Positions 28,088-41,251 of a stretch of 64,000 nt of DNA are shown here, one piece after another; the stretch's first letter is position 1, and each line of letters begins with the position of its first letter. A model generated the notes under the pieces. It did no database searches, was not told where the DNA came from, and saw nothing but the letters and a program-made list of their open reading frames with translations. Source of the DNA: Bugula neritina (lineage: Eukaryota > Animalia > Bryozoa); assembly GCA_964035545.1 (NCBI GenBank), contig OZ037765.1, forward strand, positions 22,753,504 through 22,817,503, given 5' to 3'. Position numbers and translations under genes: made by a program.

Positions 28088-29919
28088 ACATTGTTTGCAG
28101 TTGAGACAACATTGATGAAACATTATACGCTGTCCCAGCAACTTAGACTATTGCAATGCATAGCAGTCTGTTGTATACATAACTTGTCAGTACAGCAGTA
28201 TATACTCATTCATTGAACAGTGAATCACCAACTGGCATTTACTTTTATTAGATGTCATTTCAAAAAAGAATGATTGTACACCAGCTGCAGCTAGTCAAAG
28301 TGATGGGAATCACCTTTACATAAGTGAGGTAAATATCTTGGCATTTGGATAACTACAATCAGTAACAAGCTCTTCACGATGCTTGGTGTCCTTGTATTAT
28401 CTTACTATTTCCAGTGCATTTGAGGTTACTGTATCGACATAACAGTTTCAGGTCACAAAGATAGGAGAAAAACTCAAACTTTCCAGCCTATCACTGAGCC
28501 CTAAGTTTAAATTTTTATATAAGTCTTGGAAACCACAAAAAGCTAAATTTTAACACAAGTTATCCAGTATAGTTATTAATATAGTATATTGAATGATCAA
28601 AACTGAAATATATGATCCAATAGCTGGAAGACTGAAGCTATTAACTACTTAAATAAACTGTCTCAATGGTAGTGGCCAGTTCATACAGTGCTCAATAAAT
28701 TATAGTTATAGCTAAATGTAAGATAACTGGGAATTATAGCTCTAATCCCAAATTAAAAATTTGGCTTTATCCGAGAATGTATTTACAATTTTTGTAGTCC
28801 CATAAAATGCCTTTTGTAGAACTTTCATCAATGCGTGGTAAATGTGCAAAATAAATAAAATATCTGAAGCAAATTCTTGCCAAAGCTGCAACTAATAGAT
28901 ATTTGCTCTTAATTTGTGCCTAATTTTTAAAATATTGTACGAGTAGATACGACCAATATAAAAAACATTGGCTTTAATGGAAAAATATTCATTGTCTACT
29001 GCATCAAAACCAATATCTACTATAATTAGACAAAAGATGATATTTCAAAGGATGCAGTTACCTGGCCGGCCTGGACTCATAAAAGTTAAAATTTGAAGGA
29101 GTAAATAATCTTCTCTTCAACAGAGATTTATTTCCATGTACACATAAAACGCATATTTTGTACAAACGTGCAGTGGGCAGTTTGAATCTAAACTTTTATA
29201 CATTACAAAAATGTACATATAATTTATTCTAGTAAGAGCTTAAATTATAGATGATGACTATTATGCATACTTATGCAAATTTTACAAACTATACTCTAAA
29301 AATAATTAGCTGTAAATGTGGAGTTGATTAGTGAAATAGTGAGCCGTGAATTCTAACAGAATTTGCATGATATAACATCCTTATTCCAAATTGCAAGTGT
29401 ATATATTCCAAATGATTGATCTTTCAATTATAATCCTTATAGGTTTGAAATATATACCAAAATATTCAATGCCTAAATTGCTTCACATATAATACCTCAA
29501 GTATCTCATTACATATTAGCTGTTCAAAAATATCAATTTCAGCACATAATTTCATTATAAAATACACTTTAAGTATATATAAGTTTCTCTGACACATCAA
29601 AATTAGTGATTAATACTACTTGAAACATTATATGTTTTGTTTAAAATTTGTTTGATAGCAACTAATGCATTAGTAATAAAACACGAGTAACTTATTTTTC
29701 TGAGGTTTTGCAAATAAATTGCAAAAGCCTGTGATTAATTAAAAATATTGAGATATTCTTTGTGGTCATAGTAAAATGTTTTGCAAGAATATAGCCTTCA
29801 CTAAGCACATGTACAGCTTTCATTGTAAAATATATTACATACTAATATTGGTTTTTTTAAAAAGTTATCCCATATCCATAGGCCATTGGTGAAAAAATAG
29901 TTATTAACATTAAACTGTT

Positions 29920-31200
29920 GGTATTATATTAGTAATAATTATACTAATAGTAATAGCATAAGTATCACTATTACTAGAATGCTAAATTAAGAAATTTATA
30001 TATTTATTCACACTTATAGCTATAGTACACAATAAACCTAAAATATACCACAAGTAAAAACTAAAGAGTATCCATAATCTATATCAATATAAATATCAAT
30101 ATGAATATGCGTAAGGCATAGCTATATTTGAATGGTAGGTCCAAAAACAATATCAAATTTGGTATGAATATTGAACATGAATGAATACATGAGTGAAACA
30201 ATAATGGAAATAGCATTTACAATTAATGTTAAATTATAATTATTAATACTAGTATTGATATTCTTATTGAAATAATCATATTGACATATGAATATGATTA
30301 TCATTTGTATTTTAATTATAAAATATTAAATATTATTAACATTATATGATTATTATTATGATAATCGTTATCGTAATGAGTTTGATATTTATAGTTATTA
30401 GTTACACTTTGACTTACACTGACACTGAAACCTGAAGGCTGAAAGTGAATAATATAGTAATAACTATCATTTATTAATAATAATATTACTGTTAGTCATA
30501 CTCTTAGACTTACAGTTATTCATAGTCTTACTGTTGGTATTTAATCTTATTTTTAGTTGATCGATTACTTGACAGTAACACTAACAATTAATAATTAATA
30601 TTAATTTCAATATTTAAGTATAACCTTATAAATTATAACCATCATTAATATGATCATAATGGTTATCATATCGATAATGATATTGAATTTGACAATCACA
30701 ATGATCATTTTAATAGTATAACTATAATATTGATAATTATCAATAGCACTATCAGTATCAGTATCATAGTGCTACTGATAATGATTATGATAATAAATAT
30801 TAATAGTAATAGTAATACTAATAGTAATACTAATAGTAATACTAATAGTGACTATCAGTGACTATGATATTTACATTGACTCTTACTATTAGTATTACTA
30901 GTATTACTATTAGTATTGCTAGATTATCATTATCAACATCATAAAGTGATTATAAGCATGATGATCATTACAAAAAGGTTGACAAATTTAAAATAAAAAG
31001 TGGCAATGAAGTTGAAATCTAAATTAAATTTCACTCAGTTCAATTTCAAGTTCACTGTTCAATTTCATGAGTGATGAGTCTGGAGTCTCAGTCTCAGAAT
31101 TTTAGTCAGAGTTTCAGAATCAGAGAGGTAGGAGTTTAATCTACCACGGTAGTAAGGCTGAACTACACTAGTTTTACACTCAAAGTCACAGATAACTTTA
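29920..31200. repeat. 6-nt-period mosaic array in the 5' UTR intron of the carboxylesterase gene
   Basis: (taata-S)x8 at 30801-30848 with spacers g,g,c,g,c,g,c,g; tatca-g-tatca-g-tatca; tctca-g-tctca-g (31086-31097). Confidence 0.82.
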
Positions 31201-31207
31201 CTTTTAC

Positions 31208-31320
31208 CTTCACAGCAACCGCGTGGACCCCGGGGTGATGGACTGGTGAAGTGAATTTATAGTTCAACTTGGCAATTTTTCTTCCCACTCAATTCCCATC
31301 GAGCTTAGCCCAAAAATATA
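31208..31320 (-). promoter_or_regulatory. Probable non-coding first exon / promoter of the carboxylesterase gene
   Basis: Local CpG/GC-rich patch (accgcgtggaccccgggg) followed on the minus strand by a donor-like gaag|gtaaaag at ~31207. The ATG exon has an upstream acceptor, so a 5' UTR intron must exist. Confidence 0.5.
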
Positions 31321-32686
31321 TCTGATAGCTTTAAAAACGTCTACTCGCTCATAATTACATAAATAATATAGAGAGTTATCTTTTCTTTTGTATGAGAAAT
31401 GCAGGAGTAAATAATGAACATTTTGTAGGCAAATATTACACTTTCCAATCCATAACTATAAGCATAGCTATGCGTTATTACAATAGTATTTGTATTGAGC
31501 AGGCAACTTTCTGTTATATAATTTATTGTGTCTGGCATATCAAATAAGGCCACCCAACTGTTTAGTCGTGGCCTACACCAATCCCATATTCTAACTTGCC
31601 TCCATTAGTATCATAATATTGTACGAGTGATTGAGATTGTTATGGCTATATAGTGTACATGTTGCACAATGCACATCAAAGAACATAAGTTATAGAAACA
31701 TGGAGTATTGCTTTGATTGACATGCAGAGATACTTCATAGCATAATGGTTTAGGATTAGAGATTTTTCAAAAATATTACAAAAAATATTATAAGAATATG
31801 CTACTTATATTACACATATGTTAAACTTTCGTGTTTATCTTTTATAAATAGTAAGGGGATGATCATATTTTTTCTGTTATAATAATAGATTCGTTCAATT
31901 ACGTGCCTGCTTACTCAGAATTGGAAGATCTACAACTTTAGGTAAGCTGCAAACCTTTTTCTAAAAAATATACTTTTATATTGAATTAACTGTAAAACTT
32001 TGGTTTAAATTAAAATCAAGGCATATGGGATGTTTGCAATATTGCAACATAATATTTAGGAAAATAAATGTTGAATTTACTTGTGTGTACTGATGCATTA
32101 CAATCTATATACACTGATATAATGATTATAATATTTTAAAAATATTAATTTCCATTTATTTATCAAGTAATGATGATCAGTTAAAAAGTCACCAAATATA
32201 AGGCATAAACACTAATATTAATACACAGCACAAAGCTAGAAACACATGATAGCTTGCACGGATTGTCATGTCTGAATGATGACTTGTAAGCATAATCTAA
32301 CAATTAAAAAGTTCCAAAAATGTATACTAAGCTGATGTTTAATGTAAAATAAATAACAAATAAATAAGCTTTCTATGATATACACAACAAAAATATTTAC
32401 TTTGTACACAATTATAGTTACTAGTAGACAATAAGAGTAGCATAAGCTACAATTTTAATACTCTCCTTTAGTCAAATCAACTATAAATAATTATTTTAGC
32501 GGTTGGCTAGCACAATAAATTTCAAAAACTAGTTTCTAAATAAAAATAAAGATATAAATGTTGGCCAGCATCAATAAACAAAGATGGCATCATAAAATGT
32601 TTAGTGCATCAGCAAACAAATACAAATTTCTTTGTAGGTATCGTTAGTACTTGCATTATAAATATGGATGCATATGCGTATTATTT

Positions 32687-35600
32687 TTAACATGCTGCAC
32701 ACGATTTTGACATAAGCCTTGCACTGAGTATACAGTATAGCCTGTTGAGAAGCTCTCTGTTGTGGGTTTTCACGCTGTACAGCATTCGCTTAAATGTTTC
32801 GCTTTTGCTCAACAGCTGGCTGAGGTTTTGAAGGAAATAGGTTTCACATACTTCTACTAGATCAGGGCATGCGTATAACTACAAAGATAAGAAATATGCA
32901 CTTATAAAACACAATAAATAACTAAATGGAATTCAAGGGCACAGTATCCTCAAGTGACCTTATGAAAAATAAGTGAAAAGACCTATATTATAGCCAAGAA
33001 ACACGCTAATGTTGCTAGTCTTGTCAAGTTTATAATCACATGCAGCATAAAACATAAAATTGGCAGCTAATTATATAAAACTTCCCTAAAATAAAGCGAA
33101 TGTAGATTAAATGGTCAAAAGGAAATGAAAAGATAAAGGGGAGCAACAAGAGCATTTGCAATAAATTACTTTTCTATCTATTAAATTATACATGTATGTT
33201 ATAAAACAGGTTGAAAGTTAATTATAGAAGAAATTCAGAGCAGTATGTATCACTTCTAACACTTTTATAATTATAAAATCTATCTTACACATCTCCTGTC
33301 TGAACTTATTATTTATAACCCAAGTGCTTAAGTGAATCGAATATTGTCTAATCAAAATGACACATGTTACTCACCTTTGCTGTTTTATACACTGAAATGC
33401 AGTCATCCAGTGACAAGTTTTTAGAGAGAAAGATTTCACATTTTCTTTTTAGGCCATCTATTTGAAAGTAGTGAGCAGCACCAAGTAAATGTTTTATTCC
33501 TTTGACATCTGTTTGTTGAGTCAATTGAGTGCAGTCATACCCTTCGTACACATATCTCATTACTCCCTGCAAATGTATTGCATATGTCATATAAAATTAT
33601 GCAATAAACAGTCAATTGTATGCCATATAATATTAAAAACACAAAAAGCAAATTTAGATAAATTGGTTTGGTTTTTAATAAGTCTCAAATATTGCAGCTT
33701 TAAATTGCATATGTTGACAACAATGATATAACAATCTTCCTTTTTAATGCATCTATATAAAATGTTTGTTTAAAAAACTGATACTTTGTCAGACTAAGGT
33801 TACTTTACATTACTCTATGAACTTTGTTAATTATTTTACCAAAACATACCTGGGTGTCCTTGCCATTTAATGGCACAATAAGATACCAAATTACTCAGCA
33901 ATTAAGTTACATTTATTTATGCAAGATAGCTCACCTCAAAAACCTGGTAGTCCATATCTCTGATTTCTATCTTAGGCATGGAAACATTTTTGAAGTTGGC
34001 AAACATACTTTTGAATGTAGGCGATGCACTAGAGAGGACTATTTTATGAGCATAAAATGTTTCATTTTCAACCAAAAAGCAGACATCAGCATGTTCTGGT
34101 GAATTAACGTAGCTTGAGTCTATAATGAGTGAAGGGTGTGATCGTACGTCTTTCAGCAATGGTAATGGCTGTAGGCCATAAAGTAACGAGAATATTGCAG
34201 CCAATTGCCTACTACTCATCTCATTCTACAAAGAACAAAGCTATTCAAATATAATTTGCATTTAAAATTAAAGTGTTATTTTTATCGGCAATGGAATGCA
34301 TTTTACTGGCACATTAGATGTAGTTTATAGTCTAGCATGATTGCTTTTATGGTAATCTAGTACATTTAATTAAATTTTGGTATTTTGGACAAAAAGAAAA
34401 TAAGAGACTTGAAATCCTAATGACCACATGAATTGGAGTAAAACATTAAGTTAGGATTAAAGCAGAAATAAACTGCTTTAAAATCTTACCAATGTGCTAG
34501 ACCAAGACACATGAGTGGCCCACACTATTTAGCACAATTAAGTTTGCAAATTTATAATAGCTTTGCAGGGCATCATATTTACTCAAAATTTATTTACTTT
34601 TATGCAAATATTGTCATCAAGTAAAACTCTGGAAATTGATAACAAAAATGTTGCTCTAATTTTACCAGTTATAACATTTATTGCCTGATCTACAATATAG
34701 TTTGTCAACGCATGAAGATGAATCTCAACTGAAGTTTTTATAGCTGAAGATTTGGTGGGGAAGGGGTACAAGTTAAAATCTTGAAGCCATCAAATATTCC
34801 AGGGTCTTTAATGTCATTGCGCTATAATATGAATTAGTATAATATTATAATTGGCTTACTTTGCTTTCTCTGAATATGTCAAACATCAGGGGAAGACAAC
34901 ACTCAGTAAACAGCTTCAAATTATCAACTAGATTGATAGTATTGAACTCCTTTAGCAGTGATTGTGCAATTGGTTTCCTGTGCGTAATGTGTGCAGCATT
35001 CAGAGTCATGTACCAGGTATAAATAGTCCAAGGCAGTCCTTTAAACGTAAGAAAAGACATAAATTAGGGTATTACTGCATACACGTACACATATATCATC
35101 ATCAACAAGTAAATAATTAAATGAACTGAAAAGCTACTGTATTTATAGATTCTTACGACATTAGCCTGGAAAACTACTACAGCAAAAAGCTAATTATAAA
35201 ATTTTTCTATGCTGTGCAAGGTAAAAAAACTGCATAAATCAGTTCTCAATTGCCACTTTTTTATATTAAAAGATTATAAAATTGTAATTTATAACAGAAA
35301 ATCTTATTAACTTGAAGCAAAGTTGTAGTTTATGATTAGTCATACAAGGAATAGCTAGTAATTGAATAAGGAGGGGAAATAAATTAGGTGAAATACTGTA
35401 ATTGCTTAAAGATAGTTCCAACAAAAAAGTCTTTCATAAAGCAGTTTTTAAAAGCTTTTAATATTACAGACTTTTAATCTGTGACCAAATAGGTTTTGTT
35501 CTTAAGTGGAATGCCTAGTGAAACCTTACAAGTAACGAGTAAAATAAAAAAGGTGGAAAGTAAATTCTAAAAATTATTATTGAATTGTAAAACAGCTTTA

Positions 35601-38600
35601 AAACTAACCGGCTCCGTGAATCTCAAGTGCCATATCTAAATATCCATTTTCAGCTGCGTGATACAGTGATTCCTGAAAAAAAAGATCAGCGTGTGTTATG
35701 AAGGAAGAAATGCAACCATGACAATATTGATGCCGCACACAATTCGCTACATCACTCTATAGAATTCTACAATAGTAAACTAATAGAATATTATGTTAAA
35801 CTAAGAGTTTAGCAGAAGTAGAAATGCTAGAAGTATTCACCTGCAATGTACTAATGCAAGAAGAAGAAAGTCTTTCTTTGAGCTGAGAAAACTGACCAAC
35901 AGAATAAATGTCTTCAATAGTAAAGTAATCATTCTCAATCACCATATAATCGTTCTCCTGAAATAGGTTGTTATATACTGCAGATACTGATAACATCTTT
36001 AGCTAGCAAAAACTACATTTCTTTCAAGTTCAAAGTATATGCAGTGACATAGAGCATTAAAAAATAATTGCGCCTACTGGGATTTGCACCCGAGACCTCT
36101 GGCTTGCAAGCAACTGTGCTAAACATTACACCTTGGGACTACAGGTTAATCACAAATCTACAAGCACCAGTTAAGAAAAGCCCATGGCGGTGTTCCTGTG
36201 CCATCCTGTTGCAGGAGGAGTGGTGCGTGACTGCCCTCTCACCAAGAACACTATTACTTCACTATTCATGCATGTACATAACTATAGAGATACGGATATA
36301 TTCTAGCAAGAGAACTAAATCAGCTGATCATTTGCTAAAAAGACCACAATTTGCATGTAATCTCTCAGATTGTAAAGTGTACACCATTCAATAACGTCAA
36401 TCTAACCCCAAACAGACAATACAGCGCTTGTCACTATGATAATAATTATTATTAGCGGGTGAGAACCCTTGCACTGCATGATACGCTTTGTGAATTATTA
36501 AACATAGAAGAAGTACAATTTGCCCTTTTTTTATTAAAGTCAAGTCTTGTGTCTCACTGAAGCTACTCATAAAGTCGTGGCTAGAATTAAGTTCATTCAT
36601 TATACAAAGTCATTCTCACAGAATTAATCACTTAAAGTATGTGCCTTGCCTACATTTTTTAAGATAATCATGTTTTGAATATTAATCCACAATATTAAGT
36701 TGAACCATTAGTCTTTGACACTATGATATTCTTTATTGTCTGTTATCACTTTTCAAGCAATTTACTGTATAGGATTAAATATGGATTGTCCAATAATTTT
36801 GAAGTGTAGATATAAATGATGAACGTCTGGGTGTGTAAGGGTTGGGACCTTAGTAAAATAACCAAGTATAATTAGCATGTAGCAAAAAATGCCAGACATA
36901 ATAACTAACAGTCAAGAAATTTACCTCTTCGGTGTTTGATTGCTGGTCACATTTCAATGGCGTTCTTGAAGAAACATCATTGGCAGTTTCATTGAGCATT
37001 TCTGCTAAAGTTAGCTTCTCAGAGCTTTTCAACTTGAGGGTTTCCGCAAACAACCTTCGGAGAACTTCCCTACAACCCATTAAAATAATCATCAGGCAAT
37101 GAAAGCAAAACCAATTAAAACATTTTGCAGTAATGTTCAGAAATAAAACTATTTAAAATATCAGACGAAAGTATTTAAAATTCAGCAGGCAAACTTCTTA
37201 GCTATTATAACTTACCTATGACCATGGCTGGCAGCTAAAGTAAAGGAGTTGAAACTGTTTTTAATTTCAACACCTGGCAATAGCAAAGTCTGCTGATAAG
37301 GATCTGCACCATATTTAAGTAGTAGATTCACAATTTCCAACTGGCCACCGGCACAAGCCAACTGCAGAGGCGTTTCTGAACAATTTCCACATTGAATTGC
37401 TGATCCGTCCACTGAGCAACCATGTTCTAACAGCATCTGTGACATGAAAATAACGGTTTAGCAAAGATTTATTGTAATATTAATAGCATAATATCTGATC
37501 GGTAATAATAGAATACAATTTAAAAATGTATTGATTTGACTTTTTCAAGTGATCCCTGAGGTAGATAAATGGATTCATTATAGAAGATTTAAAGCTAATG
37601 AAACTTTTCTGCGATATAAACAATTCAATTATTACACACTTCAATTGTAATGGTTTTTGAGTAAATCTATTAGCTAGCTTGGCACTACAGCACACACTGA
37701 CATCATATACCTTGGTCATTGATAGATGACCCTGAGAAACAGCAAAGCACAAGGCTGTCCACCCGGCGTTAAGTCGGTGAGTTGATGGCACACAGATGTC
37801 AACAGAGGCTCCCAGTCTGAGCAAAGCAAGTGCAGTTGCGTCTTCACCTCTATTACACGCATTCATCAACGGAGTCATGCCCTGCGAAAAAAAAAAAAAT
37901 CTCAATGATCTGTCATTTGTACCAAGATTCAAATCTTTTTACACTTAAAACAATTAGAAAACATTAAAAAAGTCATTTGCTTTAGTTTTTGCAGATAAAT
38001 TTAGCACAAATATAATTTACTCTTATTTTAATCTTATATAATTTGCTATGCAAGTTTATCTGGTAACTAGTAAGTGCATGTATGGTAAATAGCAATGTTC
38101 TACTGCATTACAATTACCACAATAATTAAATTAATTAATGCCTTTCTATAGAATAATGAAGCTAAGTAGTTTCTCACAATTGATAGCAAACTAATCTTTT
38201 GTGCAAAAGACAAGAATTAGATTACAACAGGATTAGGGAAAAGAGGTAGTGTAAGATAACATAATACGATTACATATATTCAGTCTTGTTATCATACCTG
38301 TCCATTAATGCAGTCTATGTCTGACTTTGTAAGCAGCTTGCTCGCGTGTTTCTGCAACTCTGGTATGCCACTAGCCAATAGGGAGAGAGCAAACTCTTTT
38401 TGCGCTTCAGCAGCCGATAAGCTTTCATAAGTGGCAGGATATGAACTACAATCACAAATAGCAAAGAAACCCATCACATATCAACAGCCACCAATTAGAT
38501 TTCATCTTGCTGTACGATTGAAAGGATAAACATGCAAAACAAAATACTTTTTTCTTTCTGTACACAAAAAATGCAAAGTAAAAATAAACTTGCCAGTTAA

Positions 38601-41251
38601 GCCAGTGTGCATTGAGAGATTAAATATAAAGAACAAAACTAAATGTTAGGTAAAACAGGACACACTCTAGCCTAAGTCACCATACCTCGTAGGACGGGCA
38701 GTGCAATCAGCATTCAGTAGCAAAACTCGAGCTGTTTGCTTGACGTCATCACAGTCAATAACCTGGTCATTTCTATGTTCAGCAAATGCAGTTGCAATTC
38801 TAACCCATTCAATGACAGGTGGAAGACTTGAATACGGCCTAAAATATAGTAATTTTGCTATAAAACAGCCTAAGAGGATACTTAAATATATAGGTGTAAT
38901 AAGTCACAAGTGTTAATAAAAAATCTCAAGTAATAATTATTAAAGTGAGATTTTAAATGCGTGGATTCAGGCCTGAAAGACTCACCTGTCAGTTGTCAGA
39001 GAGATGGAGGAGCACCTGGACTCACAGCAACCAGGTTGCGAGCACTTGATGAAGTAGTATAAAGTGGTTATTGCTGAAGATGTCCATTTAAGTTGAGAAC
39101 TTTTTATAATTTTAGGGCACCTAGAACACATTACAGTGACAAATGTGAGATTGGATTACACTTATTGTACAAATTATAACAAGATCTAATATTGTATGAT
39201 TGCCTTTACCGTTGCTGGATTGCTGATCAGAAATAAATCAGAATACTATTAAATTGATTATTGTAAAGTGGTGTATGAAAGATGTAATGAGAATTATTTT
39301 TAATTAATGCATGTACAACCTCTTAGAGAGCATTGCCTGAAATCATACTTACCAATAATGCATTGCTTGTGATACAATGTCAGTCAACTCAGGTATTGAA
39401 GATACACATGATGGTGTCAAAAAGCTTCTTTCTATCTGTTTCTGCTTTGTTGGCAACTGCATGTGTACTGGTGAAGTATCTAAAGACAGAATATATAAGC
39501 ATAATATGCTTATAGATAACATTTATATGATTTTATGTACATAAAGACCACACATACTGTACTATATAAAACACACACTAAAATATAATATGTATGCACA
39601 AATTACATTTTGAATACAGCATATGGTTTTGCAAAAATTATTTTGCAAACACAAAAGTGTTCAAGCTGCAAACTTTATAAAAACATACTGTAAGCATATA
39701 TGTGTGAACAAACATATAGTAAGATACATATTCTGCAAAATATAACATAAAACCATTGAAAAAATGAATTTGCAAGACAATCAAAATAAGCATTACAGCT
39801 TATGGCATAGGAACACAATGTCATATTATTTGACAAACCTGCATAGTTATAGCTTATAAGGTGGCTAGATGGGTGGTAAATACTGTGCAAGTGAGGAGAC
39901 TTGAATATGCCAGATTCAAGCATTTCTGTAGTGATAACAGTGCTGCCACCTGCTGTTGAATAAACACACAAATTACATCAAATATGAAGACCTTCAGAGA
40001 ACCAGTAATAATATCACTATATAGAAACTTAGCTAAAGAAATACTCAGTACTTTTAATGCTGGTGAATTACCTTTGACATTTGTGCAGAATGCTAGCCGA
40101 GCAGTTTGCTCTATCAGTGTTTCCATGACAGATGACAAGTAAATAGCTGCTAGCTCGTGAACATATCCAACGGGCAGGGCTTCCAATAACCACCGATGAT
40201 GTTTACCAACCGATAGAGATAGTGAACACAGGCTGTTCTTGCTTAGTTTTGTATCCTGAGTTGACATTGAATATAGCAAAGTGTTCTGTGAAGCAAGTTT
40301 ACTTGTTTCACTGTACAAATGTGGTGATAGCACTATTTTGCACGCTGAACGAATTTCCTGCTTAGAACACTTGTTATATGTCTCACTTAATCTTAGAGCT
40401 TCTCTAGCAATTCTTATGAGTGGTCTTTGTAACAAGTAAGACAGTCTCTGTAAGCATTCAATAGAAATATTTCCGCATAACTCTTTGAATTCTCCTTTCT
40501 GAAGTGTTGATAGTATGTCGCTTTCTGTCCACGGGACTTGAGTTAGCTCTGGCAGCATAGAGTCCTGACTACTGGTAGACAGCGTGTCTAGATGTGAGCT
40601 TGTAACTGAAGAGGTGCTGCTGCCAGACCGAGAGCTTTCTTGGGTAGAGTAATCATGGCCGCCAGAGCTTGGCATTGAGTCTGAGAAACTATAAGTGCCG
40701 GTGTTCCAGCTAGCCGAGAGTCTGCTTGCGCTTCTTTCTGGTTCAGAAGAGGAGATGGTAGATCTCACATACTCCATGTCGCTCACCACTCCGGAATCTA
40801 AACATAAATTATTGAAGCTGAAAATATAGATTTTATACCATTAGCTAAGTGTTCAAGTATGTCTGGGCAAGTCTGTCGTGCTAAAGCTACTTGCGTATTG
40901 ATAAGTGCCAATTGACAAGCAATCTACAGTCTAATATACAACCTTTACGACAATAACAGTCTATGTCATTTGAAACTAAGGTATGAATTAGACTACATTC
41001 TCTACAAATAATTATAGTAATAGAGAAACACAACAATAATTTATCACCATGTGCTCCTTGTTTATCACCTTGACCTCAAAACAAACGCGAAACAATCTTT
41101 ATAAAATAATGGTACAGCAGCAGAACTTAATGAACAGTTTCACTATAATTATTTGCCCACCCGTGTGTTGGTGCCTGTGAGAGTTGTGATGCCGATGACC
41201 TTTGCTCTTAGTCATTACTGTCTGCAGAAGATATGGGTGCGTACTGTCCAT
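32687..41251 (-). CDS. ABTB2: Ankyrin repeat and BTB/POZ domain protein (ABTB2/BTBD11 family) with N-terminal histone-fold region
   Basis: LPELTQVPWTESDI..LQRLSYLLQRPLIRIAREALRLS..KCSKQEI (histone-fold block, 40072-40797); LPPVIEWVRIA; ankyrin repeats GMTPLMNAC, GWTALCFAV, ETPLQLACAGG; GLPWTIYTW; BTB YVNSPEHADVCFLVENETFYAHKIVL; stop TAA 32687-32689. Probable start MDSTHPY at 41251. Confidence 0.9.
36068..36140 (-). pseudogene. Degenerate tRNA-like sequence (tRNA pseudogene or SINE head; TGC/Ala-like loop)
   Basis: Minus strand: ggtgtaatgtttagcac (A box/D arm), cttgcaa loop, ggtc variable loop, gggtgcaaatccc (B box/T arm, GTTC mutated). Acceptor and anticodon stems are broken. Confidence 0.55.

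Noticed and set aside
27914-28141. ORF with (YI)n tract
   Set aside because: Translation of the (TA)n microsatellite.
30781-30920. CRISPR-like or telomeric interpretation of the periodic arrays
   Set aside because: Eukaryotic context, no repeat-spacer architecture and no fixed telomeric unit.
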